Assembly (NCBI GenBank): GCA_964531285.1
Contig: CAZHDI010000010.1
Coordinates: 1 to 59,702 of the forward strand
DNA length: 59,702 bases
Origin: an uncultured Alphaproteobacteria bacterium
Lineage (GTDB): Bacteria > Pseudomonadota > Alphaproteobacteria > JAJFIK01
Direction of reading: 5' to 3'
Shown: in pieces, positions 9,584 to 19,506 of the stretch
How positions within the stretch are numbered: position 1 is the first letter of the stretch
Layout: every line of letters begins with the position of its first letter
Translations under genes and position numbers: made by a program
The notes under the pieces: model-generated
Database searches by the model: none
Told to the model about the DNA's origin: nothing
What the model saw: only the letters and a program-made list of their open reading frames with translations

Positions 9584-11476
9584 TTAGCTGCCGAGATTAA
9601 AACTCTCGTCACTCAGGTCGTCCTTCGCGACGTTTGCCAGAACAATTCTGTCGCCGCTCTGGCCACCAAGGGTCGACAGGTCGATCATGGTCGCCCATCC
9701 CTGATCCTGCATGCTGGCTTGAACGTCCTCCCAGCTGACGTTGTACACAGACAGATCGATGACGTCGCGGCCGACCTCGAAGTCGTGGATCATGTCCTCG
9801 CCCGAACCCGGCTTGAAGACATAAAGGTCGGTTTCGCCGTCGGCAGACCAGTTGCCGCCCCACATGTGATCGTTTCCGGCGCCGCTCTCAATACGATCCG
9901 CGCCGGCGCCGCCGACCAGCTTGTCCGTACCGGCTCCGCCTTTGATTGTATCCGCGCCGCTGCCCGCAATGATTACATCGTTCCCGGCATCGCCGCTCAA
10001 TGTATCCTTGCCAAGACCGCCTTCGATATGATCGTTACCGCTGCCTCCACTGATCGTGTCGTCGCCATCCGCGCCGAATGCCTTGTCATCACCGGAACCG
10101 CCGGTCATGGTGTCGCGGCCGGCGCCACCGAAGAGTTCATCCGTACCGGCATCACCGGCGAGTGTGTCGTCACCGTCGCCGCCGCGCAGGCTGTCCGCAC
10201 CGTCACCGCCGGAGGCGGTATCATTGCCGGCTCCAGCATTGATAATATCATCGCCTGTCCCGCCGAAGCCCGTATCATTTCCGTGTTCGAGGTTGATGAC
10301 GTCGTTGCCATCGTCTCCATACGCGGTATCGTCATCGCGCCCAGCGTTTAGCCTATCTTCTCCGCCGCCGCCTCGTAGCACGTCGTTTCCGGCGTCACCC
10401 AGAAGGACATCCTTCCCCGATCCGCCTTCGATCGTGTCGGCCGCCTTGTCCTGGAGGGCCGGCCCCGCATTCGGATCGACACCCTTGAAGACCCACTCGC
10501 CGTTTTCAAAGGCCCATTCCTTGCCGACCCCGCCGCCGGCCAGCAGGTCGTTACCCTGCATTCCATAGATTGTATCCTCACCCCCCTGGCCTTGAATTTT
10601 ATCGGCGGTTTCCGCCACATCCATCTTGGAGTGAGGGTTCCGGACCTCAAGCGCTTCGGTTTCGGACACGAGATTTTGCTGGAAGTGTGCATTGAGCACT
10701 GTTGCAGTCGACTCGCCGACGTCGACTGTGAAGACGGCGTCATCGTAATCCTTGTCACCCCCGCGGTAGAGGTCTTCAAAGCCGAGCTGAATTGTACCCT
10801 CGTCGGTCTGTGCATAGCCGACAGTATGCGGAATACCGTCCGAGTTCAGTTTGGCTCGGTCACCATAGGCCGCCGTATGATAGGTTGGGTTGTTGAGACG
10901 CGTCTGCGTGCCGTCGTCGCCGACGAAATAGAGGCGCGGGCCGGCATCATCAACGGTGGCCGGTTCGCCTGCATGATTGCGGAACTCGAACTGCCCGTCT
11001 TCAAACTTAGAAAAGTCGTTGGCACTGAATCCGTTGCCGATGATGAAAAAGCCGAGTTGATCCCCGGCTTCGGCTTCGATCGTTGTGCTGCTGACTCCGC
11101 CGATCAAATCACCGCCGCTTCCTTTCAGAGAGGCGTTCTCCCACAAGATTCCAACGTCGTAGATCTCGCCGGTTTCGGCGTCGACCTTGTAGTAGCCCAG
11201 CGTATTGCGATAGCCGGCTTCTTCATAGTCGAAGGTCACCGTGACATCGCGGGCTTCCTGCATCACAATGAGATCTGCAACCGAGATCGTCGCATCCTCG
11301 CTGTCGCCGACAAGCACATCCGCGCCGCGCCCGCCGTCTATGATGTCATTGCCAATGCCGCCTTGGAGTGTATCTTCGCCATCTTGGCCACTCAGATAAT
11401 CGTTTCCGCGGCCAGCAGTATGCTGATCGTCATCATCCGTTCCCACGAAAACCGTGTTCTGATTGCTCGATGCCAT
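9584..11476 (-). CDS. RTX (hemolysin-type calcium-binding repeat) protein with central DUF4114-like domain; probable T1SS substrate
   Basis: Many GGxGxDxUx nonapeptides (GGSGNDHIEGGLGKDTLSGDAGNDVI and others). The central GFFIIGNGFS ... GFEDLYRGGDKDYDDAVF block is DUF4114-like. Acidic C-terminus with no N-terminal signal peptide. Confidence 0.9.
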   Translation of the reverse strand: MASSNQNTVFVGTDDDDQHTAGRGNDYLSGQDGEDTLQGGIGNDIIDGGRGADVLVGDSEDATISVADLIVMQEARDVTVTFDYEEAGYRNTLGYYKVDAETGEIYDVGILWENASLKGSGGDLIGGVSSTTIEAEAGDQLGFFIIGNGFSANDFSKFEDGQFEFRNHAGEPATVDDAGPRLYFVGDDGTQTRLNNPTYHTAAYGDRAKLNSDGIPHTVGYAQTDEGTIQLGFEDLYRGGDKDYDDAVFTVDVGESTATVLNAHFQQNLVSETEALEVRNPHSKMDVAETADKIQGQGGEDTIYGMQGNDLLAGGGVGKEWAFENGEWVFKGVDPNAGPALQDKAADTIEGGSGKDVLLGDAGNDVLRGGGGEDRLNAGRDDDTAYGDDGNDVINLEHGNDTGFGGTGDDIINAGAGNDTASGGDGADSLRGGDGDDTLAGDAGTDELFGGAGRDTMTGGSGDDKAFGADGDDTISGGSGNDHIEGGLGKDTLSGDAGNDVIIAGSGADTIKGGAGTDKLVGGAGADRIESGAGNDHMWGGNWSADGETDLYVFKPGSGEDMIHDFEVGRDVIDLSVYNVSWEDVQASMQDQGWATMIDLSTLGGQSGDRIVLANVAKDDLSDESFNLGS

Positions 11477-11632
11477 TGCATCCTCCTACGATCAGACTTG
11501 AGACCTGATCATGTCATCATATGACTGATTAACATCGCCTCTCGCGTGCCGGTACAAATTTCGAGACTTCTGCCAAATTAACCGATGGGAAAGCGTAATC
11601 CGGCAAGGTGGGCCGTGCCGATAGGAGGGCAG

Positions 11633-13114
11633 ATGAAAGTTCTGTTTGCTGCATCCGAGCTTTACCCGGTGGCGAAGACGGGCGGACTTGGCGATGTCGC
11701 CCATGCGTTACCGTGCGGGCTTCATCGTCTCGGTAAGGATATCCGGCTTGTTCTTCCGGGTTATCCCCAGGTGCTGGACAGCCTGCGAAACTGGCAGGCC
11801 GAAGAGACGGTTTATTTGAGCGCGGGGTTGACTTATCAACCGCTCCTGGGGCGGATCGATGACATTCCTTTTCCTGTTTGGGTCGTTCGCGCTGATCGTA
11901 TCTACCGGACGACTTCTGATCTTTACCCCGCCGATCCGTTGAACCGCTTTCACCGGTTCCTGACCCTGTCCCATGCCTCGGCTCATCTGGCGGCAGGTGG
12001 ATCGCGCACCGGTTGGCGCCCCGACGTTCTTCATGCCAACGACTGGCATACCGGGATGGCCTTCAATATGCTCGACGCCCTAAGCTGTGACGATGTCGCG
12101 CGTGTCTTCTCGCTTCACAATATCGCGTTTGCCGGGGATTTTCCGCTATCTTACGCGGCGCTCTTTTTATCCGAGACGGGTCCGCTGCGCGGCACGCTTT
12201 ATCGCAAATGGGACAAAGTGTCGTTCCTCGAGGAAGCTTTCATCGCTGCTGACAAGATCGTTACGGTCAGTCCGCGGTATGCGGAGGAAATAACCGGCCC
12301 GGAGTTCGGTTTTGGTTTCGAAACACTGTTGCGTCGGCGGCGCCGCGATCTGTCCGGCATATTGAACGGTGTGGATTATGGTGTCTGGCACCCTGAACAG
12401 GACCCGGCGCTCCCGTTTCCGGGTGCCTCGTTTGGCGGGGACGACAAGCGTGCCGCGAAGCGGCTCATTCAGCAGCGCTTTGGGTTGCCGCTGCGGCCCG
12501 ATTCCGTTCTATGCAGTTTCACCAATCGCCTTACGCATCAGAAGATGATCGATGTGGTGATGGCCGCGGCCGAGCGTCTGGCCGGTACGAGATTTCAATT
12601 TGTCTTCCACGGTATGGGTGAGCCTCAGTATCAGGATCACCTCAAGGCGCTGTCCGGCCGGTATCCGGAGGCAATCGCCTATGTGCCAGGGTTCAATGAA
12701 ACACTTGAGCATATGATGCTTGCGGGGGCTGATCTTTGTTTGTCACCGTCCCGATTCGAGCCATGCGGGCTGAATGCTCTTTATGCGATGCGTTATGGCG
12801 CGGTGCCGGTCGTTTGTCCGGTCGGGGGATTTCGCGATACGATCCGGAATGAGTTTTCCGTCAAGCAGAAGGCCACCGGCAATGGGTTCTATATGGACGG
12901 TGAAACCGGGGCGGATCTTGCGGACGTTCTGATCCGGATCGAACGCCTGATGGACGACGGGCCGTACTGGTCTCAGCTTGTTGATACCGTCAAACGGCAG
13001 CACTTTTCGTGGCGCCATGCGGCGCAGCGTTATGTTGCTCTGTACACCGCGGCGATCGAGGCGAGACGGCTGCGTGCGCCGGAGGCCGCCAACCGCCTTG
13101 CCCAGGCCGTGTGA
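11633..13114 (+). CDS. glgA: glycogen/starch synthase (GT5)
   Basis: MKVLFAASELYPVAKTGGLGDV (KTGGL motif) and RFEPCGL. ATG at 11633 is preceded by GGAGGG. The track ORF starts at 11585. Confidence 0.85.
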   Translation: MKVLFAASELYPVAKTGGLGDVAHALPCGLHRLGKDIRLVLPGYPQVLDSLRNWQAEETVYLSAGLTYQPLLGRIDDIPFPVWVVRADRIYRTTSDLYPADPLNRFHRFLTLSHASAHLAAGGSRTGWRPDVLHANDWHTGMAFNMLDALSCDDVARVFSLHNIAFAGDFPLSYAALFLSETGPLRGTLYRKWDKVSFLEEAFIAADKIVTVSPRYAEEITGPEFGFGFETLLRRRRRDLSGILNGVDYGVWHPEQDPALPFPGASFGGDDKRAAKRLIQQRFGLPLRPDSVLCSFTNRLTHQKMIDVVMAAAERLAGTRFQFVFHGMGEPQYQDHLKALSGRYPEAIAYVPGFNETLEHMMLAGADLCLSPSRFEPCGLNALYAMRYGAVPVVCPVGGFRDTIRNEFSVKQKATGNGFYMDGETGADLADVLIRIERLMDDGPYWSQLVDTVKRQHFSWRHAAQRYVALYTAAIEARRLRAPEAANRLAQAV

Positions 13115-13141
13115 TCCCGCCGGCGGGGAGCCCGTCCGGCC

Positions 13142-13180
13142 GTACGTCAGGTTAACACCTGTTTAGGTGTTCTGACGTAC
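13142..13180 (+). terminator. imperfect hairpin between glgA and glgP (possible attenuator/terminator)
   Basis: GTACGTCAG(gtt)AACACCT-gttt-AGGTGTTCTGACGTAC, 16 paired bases with a 3-nt bulge. Only a weak T-run follows. Confidence 0.35.
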
Positions 13181-13220
13181 TTCTGATCCTCGAGCCGTTC
13201 TCTCAAACTCGGGGTCGTTC

Positions 13221-15704
13221 ATGTCGGGACCTGCACTTTCGCACCAGCCCATGCCGTCAATGATGCCCGGCGATCTCGCCGGACAAATCGCATATACACT
13301 GAAATATGTTCTGTGTATCAATGACGCTGAGATCAGCTTAGGCGACCTCTATGTCGCCTTGGCGCTGAGTGTCCGGAATACCCTTGTTGACGGCCTTGCC
13401 CAGAGCCGGTTGCGCGACCGCAGTCAGGGATGCAAGAAAGTCCATTATCTGTCGATGGAGTTCTTGGTCGGCAAGTGTACGGAGAATAATCTACTCAATC
13501 TGGGTCTCTACGGTGAAGCGGAAACGGCCATCGGTTCTTATGGCTATGCCCTTCCCGATGTCTTGCACATGGAGCATGATCCGGCGCTAGGGAATGGCGG
13601 TCTCGGGCGCCTGGCGGCCTGCTTCCTCGACTCGATGGCGACGCTGGATATCGCCGGGTTTGGTTATGGAATCAACTATGACTATGGCCTGTTCCGGCAG
13701 TCCATATCGAACGGGTATCAGAAGGAGTCGCCGGATGCTTGGCGATCCGATGGGGCGCCCTGGCTTATTGAGCAGCACCACAAGACCAAGATCGTGCCGA
13801 TTTTTGGGAATGTTCTGTCTACGACAGACGGGAATGGTGCCTATAATCCGAGTTGGATGAACTGGCAGACGATTTTGGGTGTGCCATATGATATGCCAAT
13901 CGTCAGCGGAAACGGCACACGGACGAATTTTCTTCGGCTATACTCGGCAAAGGCTTCGGACGAATTCGACATCAAAGTCTTCAATGACGGCGATTATTTC
14001 AAGGCCATAGAGAATAAGATTGACTCGGAGCGGATCTCCAAAATTCTCTATCCTGAGGATAGTCGGGAGGAGGGCAAGGAGCTGCGCCTTCTTCAGGAAT
14101 ACTTCTTTGTTGCATGCGCCATTCGCGACATTGTGGACGACCATCGCCAGCAGGATGGCACGCTGGAGACATTCGCACGTTATAACGCCATTCAGCTCAA
14201 CGACACCCATCCCGCCTTGGCCATTGCAGAGCTCATGCGGCTTATGGTTGACGAACATCGTCTGCCCTGGGAACTCGCCTGGGAGCAAACCCAAGCGGCT
14301 TGTTCCTACACAAACCATACGCTGCTTCCTGAAGCCCTTGAACGGTGGTCCGAACCGCTTCTTGCGCGGGTTCTGCCGCGCCATAATCAGATCATTCGGG
14401 AGATCGACCGGCGCTTTGTTGACGCCATGCTGGCCCGAGGCATCGACCGGGCGGCTATCGATAAAATGTGCATCATCAAAGATAGTAACGATGGCAGCAC
14501 GTCCGAGATCCATATGGCGAATCTGTCGATTATCGGCAGCCATGCGACCAATGGCGTTGCAGCGCTCCATACGGATCTCATCAAGTCGGACCTCGTGCCT
14601 GAGTTCTATCGCGTCTGGCCGGAGCGATTTCAGAACAAGACCAATGGCGTGACGCCGCGCCGCTGGTTGAAGCAAGCCAACCCGCGCCTGGCGGCGCTTA
14701 TCACCGACGCGATTGGGCCCGGATGGATGGACGACCTTTCGGCGCTCCGCGGGCTCGAAGTATTTGCTACGGACAGTCCGTTTCAGGAGAAGTTTCGTGT
14801 CGTGAAGGATAGCGCGAAGCGGGACTTGGCGGCGCTGATCTATACGACAACCCGGATTCGCGTCGATCCCGACACCATCTTCGATATTCAGGTGAAGCGC
14901 ATCCATGAGTATAAGCGGCAGCTGCTCAATGTGCTCCAGATCATCGATACCTATCTTGAGATCAGCGACGGGGGAGCCGTACCGCGAACGCCGGCAACCT
15001 ATGTCTTCTCGGGTAAGGCGGCGCCGGGCTACTTTATGGCCAAGCGCATTATCAAGCTGATCAACGCTGTCGCGACCGTGGTCAATCAAGATCCGACAGT
15101 TTCGCAGCATTTGAAGGTGGCCTATGTGCCCGACTATCGGGTTTCGGTTGCTGAGCGGATCTTTCCGGCGGCAAATCTCAGTGAGCAGATCTCCACCGCC
15201 GGTTTCGAAGCGTCGGGGACCGGCAACATGAAGTTCATGATGAACGGTGCTCTTACGATCGGTACGATGGATGGCGCAAATGTGGAGATTTGCGAAGAGG
15301 CGGGTTCGGAGAATATCTACATCTTCGGTAAATCTGTAGATGAGATCGCCGCCCTCAAAACCGGCGGCTACAATCCGTGGGACTTCTATCATAACAATCC
15401 GCGGATCCAGCGTGTTCTCGATGCCCTCAATAGCGATTTGTTTGCACCGGGAGAGCCGGGTCTGTTCGAGCCGATCTACTATAGCCTGTTGAGCGGCGGC
15501 GATTACTTCTGTTTGCTGGCCGATTTTCAGGATTACGTGGATTGCAAGACCCGCGTCTTGGAGGATTTCCAGGATCAGCAGGACTGGACACGAAAGGCGA
15601 TCCTGAACATCGCCCGATCGGGGAAGTTTTCCTCCGATCGGACGATTGCGGAATATGCGCGGGACATCTGGGGGATTGATCCTTCCAATGCCGGGGCGGC
15701 TTAG
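13221..15704 (+). CDS. glgP: glycogen/maltodextrin phosphorylase (GT35)
   Basis: 827 aa. EASGTGNMKFMMNGALTIGTMDGANVE pyridoxal-phosphate lysine motif, with phosphorylase-like sequence over the full length. Confidence 0.95.
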   Translation: MSGPALSHQPMPSMMPGDLAGQIAYTLKYVLCINDAEISLGDLYVALALSVRNTLVDGLAQSRLRDRSQGCKKVHYLSMEFLVGKCTENNLLNLGLYGEAETAIGSYGYALPDVLHMEHDPALGNGGLGRLAACFLDSMATLDIAGFGYGINYDYGLFRQSISNGYQKESPDAWRSDGAPWLIEQHHKTKIVPIFGNVLSTTDGNGAYNPSWMNWQTILGVPYDMPIVSGNGTRTNFLRLYSAKASDEFDIKVFNDGDYFKAIENKIDSERISKILYPEDSREEGKELRLLQEYFFVACAIRDIVDDHRQQDGTLETFARYNAIQLNDTHPALAIAELMRLMVDEHRLPWELAWEQTQAACSYTNHTLLPEALERWSEPLLARVLPRHNQIIREIDRRFVDAMLARGIDRAAIDKMCIIKDSNDGSTSEIHMANLSIIGSHATNGVAALHTDLIKSDLVPEFYRVWPERFQNKTNGVTPRRWLKQANPRLAALITDAIGPGWMDDLSALRGLEVFATDSPFQEKFRVVKDSAKRDLAALIYTTTRIRVDPDTIFDIQVKRIHEYKRQLLNVLQIIDTYLEISDGGAVPRTPATYVFSGKAAPGYFMAKRIIKLINAVATVVNQDPTVSQHLKVAYVPDYRVSVAERIFPAANLSEQISTAGFEASGTGNMKFMMNGALTIGTMDGANVEICEEAGSENIYIFGKSVDEIAALKTGGYNPWDFYHNNPRIQRVLDALNSDLFAPGEPGLFEPIYYSLLSGGDYFCLLADFQDYVDCKTRVLEDFQDQQDWTRKAILNIARSGKFSSDRTIAEYARDIWGIDPSNAGAA

Positions 15705-15721
15705 CCCGCATACGGGGTGTC

Positions 15722-16684
15722 ATGCGGTTCAAGGCTTTCGATAGGCGGTGCGGAGGGCGAGGCCTTTCGCATGCCGCCATTGGTGTGATCGCCATTGCGT
15801 GTACCGCGTGTGCGTCGCCCCGTCATGACGGCGAGTCGTCTCTGGTCGCCCAGGGGATCCTGTCATCATTCGATGTTCCGCTTAAAGATTTGAGAGAGCG
15901 GCCCGAAGGAGGTGTTATGCGGCGCCTTCTGCACGGCTTTAGTGGCAGTTTGTCTGCCGGCATGCCGCTGGATCTGTCACAGGCAGAAACCACAGAAGGT
16001 GAGGGGCAGCGGGCGCGTGTCGGTAACACGCCGACCCTCAAGGCGACGGTGAAGTACAACCCTGTGAGTGCGTGGTTCGCGACGGGTACGGCCTATATCT
16101 ATCTTGATCGTGATCTTCAGGAGGAGTGGAATCCCGACTTCTCTTATGTCTTCGGGTATGACGATTGGCGCCCTTATACGTTCAGCTTGGTTTATTCGAA
16201 CTATGGCGGCAATCGCTTCAGCCCTGATCGGGCTCAAGGGGCGGAGGTGACCGAGTTCGATGAGGGTACGGTTTCACTGGGATGGAAGTTTCCCATTCCG
16301 GACCGGCTGGCAAAGCCCTTCGTTGTGGCATCAGATGGCGGTATCGGTTGCATCATCGGTTATAACGTCAGTCCACGGTATTTTGACTTGAGATCGTCGG
16401 AGAACCGGTCGTGGAAACAGGCTGCCTCGCTCGGCTGCAAATACATCATCACGGGGAATTGGTATCTCAACTGGACGGCGTTCTATTATCCCAAAGAGTA
16501 TCAACAACAGCCCTGGGACCCGGATTATACCTACGGATTTGGCTACTTCGACTGGCGGCCGGGAACGATTAGTCTTCAGTATAACAATTATTCGGGTAAC
16601 CGTTTTCCAGGGCGGCAGCGCGGTGACGAGACTGGGCGGTTCATCGATGGTGAATTGTCAGTTTCTTGGAGCTGGAGTTTCTGA
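15722..16684 (+). CDS. hypothetical outer-membrane beta-barrel protein with internal duplication
   Basis: Signal or possible lipobox (AIACTAC). Alternating aromatic/Gly-rich strands. Two homologous ~55-aa blocks (W[ND]PD[FY][ST]Y.FGY.DWRP...S[LV].Y[SN]NY[GS]GNRF). C-terminal Phe. The stop lies 2 nt before the next gene. Confidence 0.6.
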   Translation: MRFKAFDRRCGGRGLSHAAIGVIAIACTACASPRHDGESSLVAQGILSSFDVPLKDLRERPEGGVMRRLLHGFSGSLSAGMPLDLSQAETTEGEGQRARVGNTPTLKATVKYNPVSAWFATGTAYIYLDRDLQEEWNPDFSYVFGYDDWRPYTFSLVYSNYGGNRFSPDRAQGAEVTEFDEGTVSLGWKFPIPDRLAKPFVVASDGGIGCIIGYNVSPRYFDLRSSENRSWKQAASLGCKYIITGNWYLNWTAFYYPKEYQQQPWDPDYTYGFGYFDWRPGTISLQYNNYSGNRFPGRQRGDETGRFIDGELSVSWSWSF

Positions 16685-16686
16685 TC

Positions 16687-17934
16687 ATGACGACCGCATT
16701 CTCCTCCATGCTCATCGGACGGCGGAAAAACCTCCTGATCGTTGATGATAGCCAAAGCTTCCGCTTTGTTTTGAAAAAACTGCTGTCCCGCCTCGGTTTC
16801 ACGGTGTTTGAGGCCGGCGACGGCCAGGCCGCGCTTGATATTCTTGCATCCGAGGACATCCCTGTCGTGATCTGCGATTGGGAAATGCCGGGCATGGATG
16901 GTATCGAATTCTGCAGAACGGTGCGGCGTGCCTATCCGGATGACTATAAATATATCCTGATGCTGACGTCCCATGATGAAAGTACGGCCATTGAAGTCCT
17001 TTTCGATGCCGGAGCAGACGATTATATCACCAAGCCACCGGCGATGACGGCTCTGCGTGCCCGTCTTCTGGGCGCCCTGAGGATCGTTTCGCGCTATGAC
17101 GATCTGCGATGGTTCAATAGGGAGCTTCAGGAAAAGAAGGACGCCATCGATAAGTCCTTCGCCAGTATCCGGGACGATCTGCTGGTCGCTGAAACGATCC
17201 AACGTCAATATCTGCCGAATGACTTCGACCCTATTGGTGCGGTTCGCTTCGCCGGGGAATTTTTGCCCGCGTTCCATACGTCAGGCGATATCTTCAATTA
17301 CGTCCCGATCAACGAGACGCAGATTTGTCTGTTTTCGGCCGATGTATCCGGGCATGGCGTGGCGTCGGCCCTCCTTGCCATCACAATCGGTCAAACACTG
17401 TGCTTCGATGGAGATGCGTCGGATGCCACCTTTGTGGTGGATCGGGCCGGCAAGCGCAGAGCGCGTGATCCGGCAGAGGTCGTTGATTGGCTCAATCAAC
17501 GTTTCGCCAATGGCCAGACGGATCATTATTTTACGATAACCTATTGTGTTTTGGACTTGGAAACCTCTGCCCTGCGATATTGTCAGGCAGGGCATTGCCC
17601 GATCATTCGGGTGAATGCGGCCGGTGAGGCATCATTGATCGGGGCCGGGGGGCTGCCGGTTGGAATGCTACCAACCGCCCGATATGAGACCTGTACGATC
17701 GATCTTGAACCTGGTGACCGGATCTATCTCTACTCGGATGGTATCTCGGAAGCCGAGAACGAAACAGATGATATGTACGGACCTGAGTCTATGATGGCAT
17801 CCTTGTCCCAATCGCGGACGGCGTCGCTTGAAGGATCGATCGAACGGCTCTTGCAAGCGGTACAGAGCTGGCAGGCCGCACAGTCTTTCCTTGATGACGT
17901 GTCGATCATCAGTTTCGAATACCAGGCCGCATGA
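16687..17934 (+). CDS. response-regulator receiver fused to PP2C/SpoIIE phosphatase (RsbU-like)
   Basis: REC: LLIVDDSQSF ... VVICDWEMPGMDG ... DDYITKP. PP2C: SGDIFNY ... FSADVSGHGVASAL ... LYSDGISEA. Confidence 0.9.
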   Translation: MTTAFSSMLIGRRKNLLIVDDSQSFRFVLKKLLSRLGFTVFEAGDGQAALDILASEDIPVVICDWEMPGMDGIEFCRTVRRAYPDDYKYILMLTSHDESTAIEVLFDAGADDYITKPPAMTALRARLLGALRIVSRYDDLRWFNRELQEKKDAIDKSFASIRDDLLVAETIQRQYLPNDFDPIGAVRFAGEFLPAFHTSGDIFNYVPINETQICLFSADVSGHGVASALLAITIGQTLCFDGDASDATFVVDRAGKRRARDPAEVVDWLNQRFANGQTDHYFTITYCVLDLETSALRYCQAGHCPIIRVNAAGEASLIGAGGLPVGMLPTARYETCTIDLEPGDRIYLYSDGISEAENETDDMYGPESMMASLSQSRTASLEGSIERLLQAVQSWQAAQSFLDDVSIISFEYQAA

Positions 17935-17960
17935 GCCTGGAAAATGAGGAGATTTGACGA

Positions 17961-18293
17961 ATGCTTATGACCAAGCGGCAGGAAGGCCAGCGTTTGATCC
18001 TGGCTTTGCATGAAAAACGTCTTGATGCGGCCGTTGCGGTCGATTTCAAGGAGCAGGTTGTTCAAGACGTCGACAGCATTGGGACTGATGTCGTCATCGA
18101 TCTTACGGATGTCGAATTCATCGACAGCTCAGGGCTGGGTGCTCTCGTTGCCGTGCTGAAACATGTGAGCGGGAAGGGCCGACTCGTTCTGACGGGGTTG
18201 CGCACGAAGACCGAGCAGATCTTCAAACTGACCCGCATGGACACGGTCTTCGAAATTTATCCGTCCATTGACGAAGCGCTTGAGGCGGCTTGA
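17961..18293 (+). CDS. STAS-domain anti-sigma-factor antagonist (RsbV/SpoIIAA-like)
   Basis: 110 aa. FIDSSGLGALV contains the canonical phosphorylatable Ser. Confidence 0.9.
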   Translation: MLMTKRQEGQRLILALHEKRLDAAVAVDFKEQVVQDVDSIGTDVVIDLTDVEFIDSSGLGALVAVLKHVSGKGRLVLTGLRTKTEQIFKLTRMDTVFEIYPSIDEALEAA

Positions 18294-18314
18294 TCCTTCA
18301 GCAGAGAGAGTGTC

Positions 18315-19505
18315 ATGAAAGCCATGATCCTGTGCGCCGGTCAAGGAACGCGGTTGCGCCCCCTGACTTATGCGGTGCCCAAGCCGATGGTACCCCTCGT
18401 CGACCGGCCCGTGCTGCAGTACATCGTAGAGCACTTGCGCGATCAAGGTGTCGACGATCTCGCGATAAATCTGAGTTATCTGCCGGAGGCGATTCAAAAC
18501 TACTTCCGGGATGGGTCGGCTTATGGCGTGGACGTGACATACTCCTATGAGGGACGGCTCGTCGATGGCGAGTTTAAGGGCGCGGCCATCGGGTCGGCCG
18601 GAGGGCTGCGAAAGGTTCAGGACGAGCTTGATTTCTTTGATGACACGTTTCTGGTGCTCTGCGGCGATGCGGTTATCGATCTCGATATTCGCGCGGCTGT
18701 CCGGCAACACAAAGAGCGCCGGGCCTTAGCGACGATCGTGCTCGCGGATGTGCCGCAGCATGCCGTCTCGAAATACGGGATTGTCGATATGGCCAGTGAC
18801 GGCCGTATATCGGCGTTTCAGGAGAAGCCGGAGATTGCCGAGGCCGTCAGTACGCTGGCAAATACCGGTATTTACATCTTCGAGCCGGAAATCTTCGACC
18901 ATATCCCGACCGGACAAACCATGGACTTGGGCGGGGATCTGTTTCCAAAGCTTACCGAGGGCGGACATGCGATCTATGGCGGGGTCGCCCCCCTTACTTG
19001 GCTCGATATCGGAACCCTTCAAGACTACGCCGCCGCTTCTTTTCGTCTGTTGACTGACCGGTCGGCCGGTATTGATATTCCGGGGCGTGTCGTCGATGAT
19101 CGTTTGCGCACGGGGCCACATGTCACCATGGATCGGAAGGCGGTTACGCTTGAGGGACCGATCTATTTAGGCGGTGGGACGGTTATCGAGGCCGGGGCCC
19201 GCATTATCGGACCGGCGGTCATCGGGCAGAATTGCCGCATCAGCGCGAATGCCGTCGTGCACCAGTCGGTCTTGGGCGATCATGTTCATGCCCGGTCCGG
19301 TGCGATGATCTCGAATGCGGTCATTTCCGGTGGATACTTCATCAATGAAGCCGGTGAATTCATTCATCTGCGCAAATCGGGACCTGTCGGCGACGTGCGT
19401 GAGCCGGCCGGTTCCGGCGCCGATGATATGGCTAGTGACGTTGTCGGCTCTGCGGACGGCGACAGCGCCGTCATCCGTCGGCCGCGACAAGCAAGCGGCC
19501 ATTAG
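18315..19505 (+). CDS. NDP-sugar pyrophosphorylase (sugar-1-phosphate nucleotidyltransferase with C-terminal left-handed beta-helix)
   Basis: MILCAGQGTRLRPLTYAVPKPMVP nucleotidyltransferase signature. C-terminal hexapeptide-like repeats (IGPAVIGQNCRISANAVV). Confidence 0.85.
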   Translation: MKAMILCAGQGTRLRPLTYAVPKPMVPLVDRPVLQYIVEHLRDQGVDDLAINLSYLPEAIQNYFRDGSAYGVDVTYSYEGRLVDGEFKGAAIGSAGGLRKVQDELDFFDDTFLVLCGDAVIDLDIRAAVRQHKERRALATIVLADVPQHAVSKYGIVDMASDGRISAFQEKPEIAEAVSTLANTGIYIFEPEIFDHIPTGQTMDLGGDLFPKLTEGGHAIYGGVAPLTWLDIGTLQDYAAASFRLLTDRSAGIDIPGRVVDDRLRTGPHVTMDRKAVTLEGPIYLGGGTVIEAGARIIGPAVIGQNCRISANAVVHQSVLGDHVHARSGAMISNAVISGGYFINEAGEFIHLRKSGPVGDVREPAGSGADDMASDVVGSADGDSAVIRRPRQASGH

Positions 19506-19506
19506 G

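Noticed and set aside
11490-11510. Short inverted repeat GATCAG-N9-CTGATC just upstream of the RTX gene RBS.
   Set aside because: The arms are only 6 bp, so it could easily occur by chance. There is no supporting evidence for an operator or an RNA structure.
13938-15392. 484-aa minus-strand ORF.
   Set aside because: It is antisense to glgP, which is unambiguous because it carries the PLP-Lys motif.
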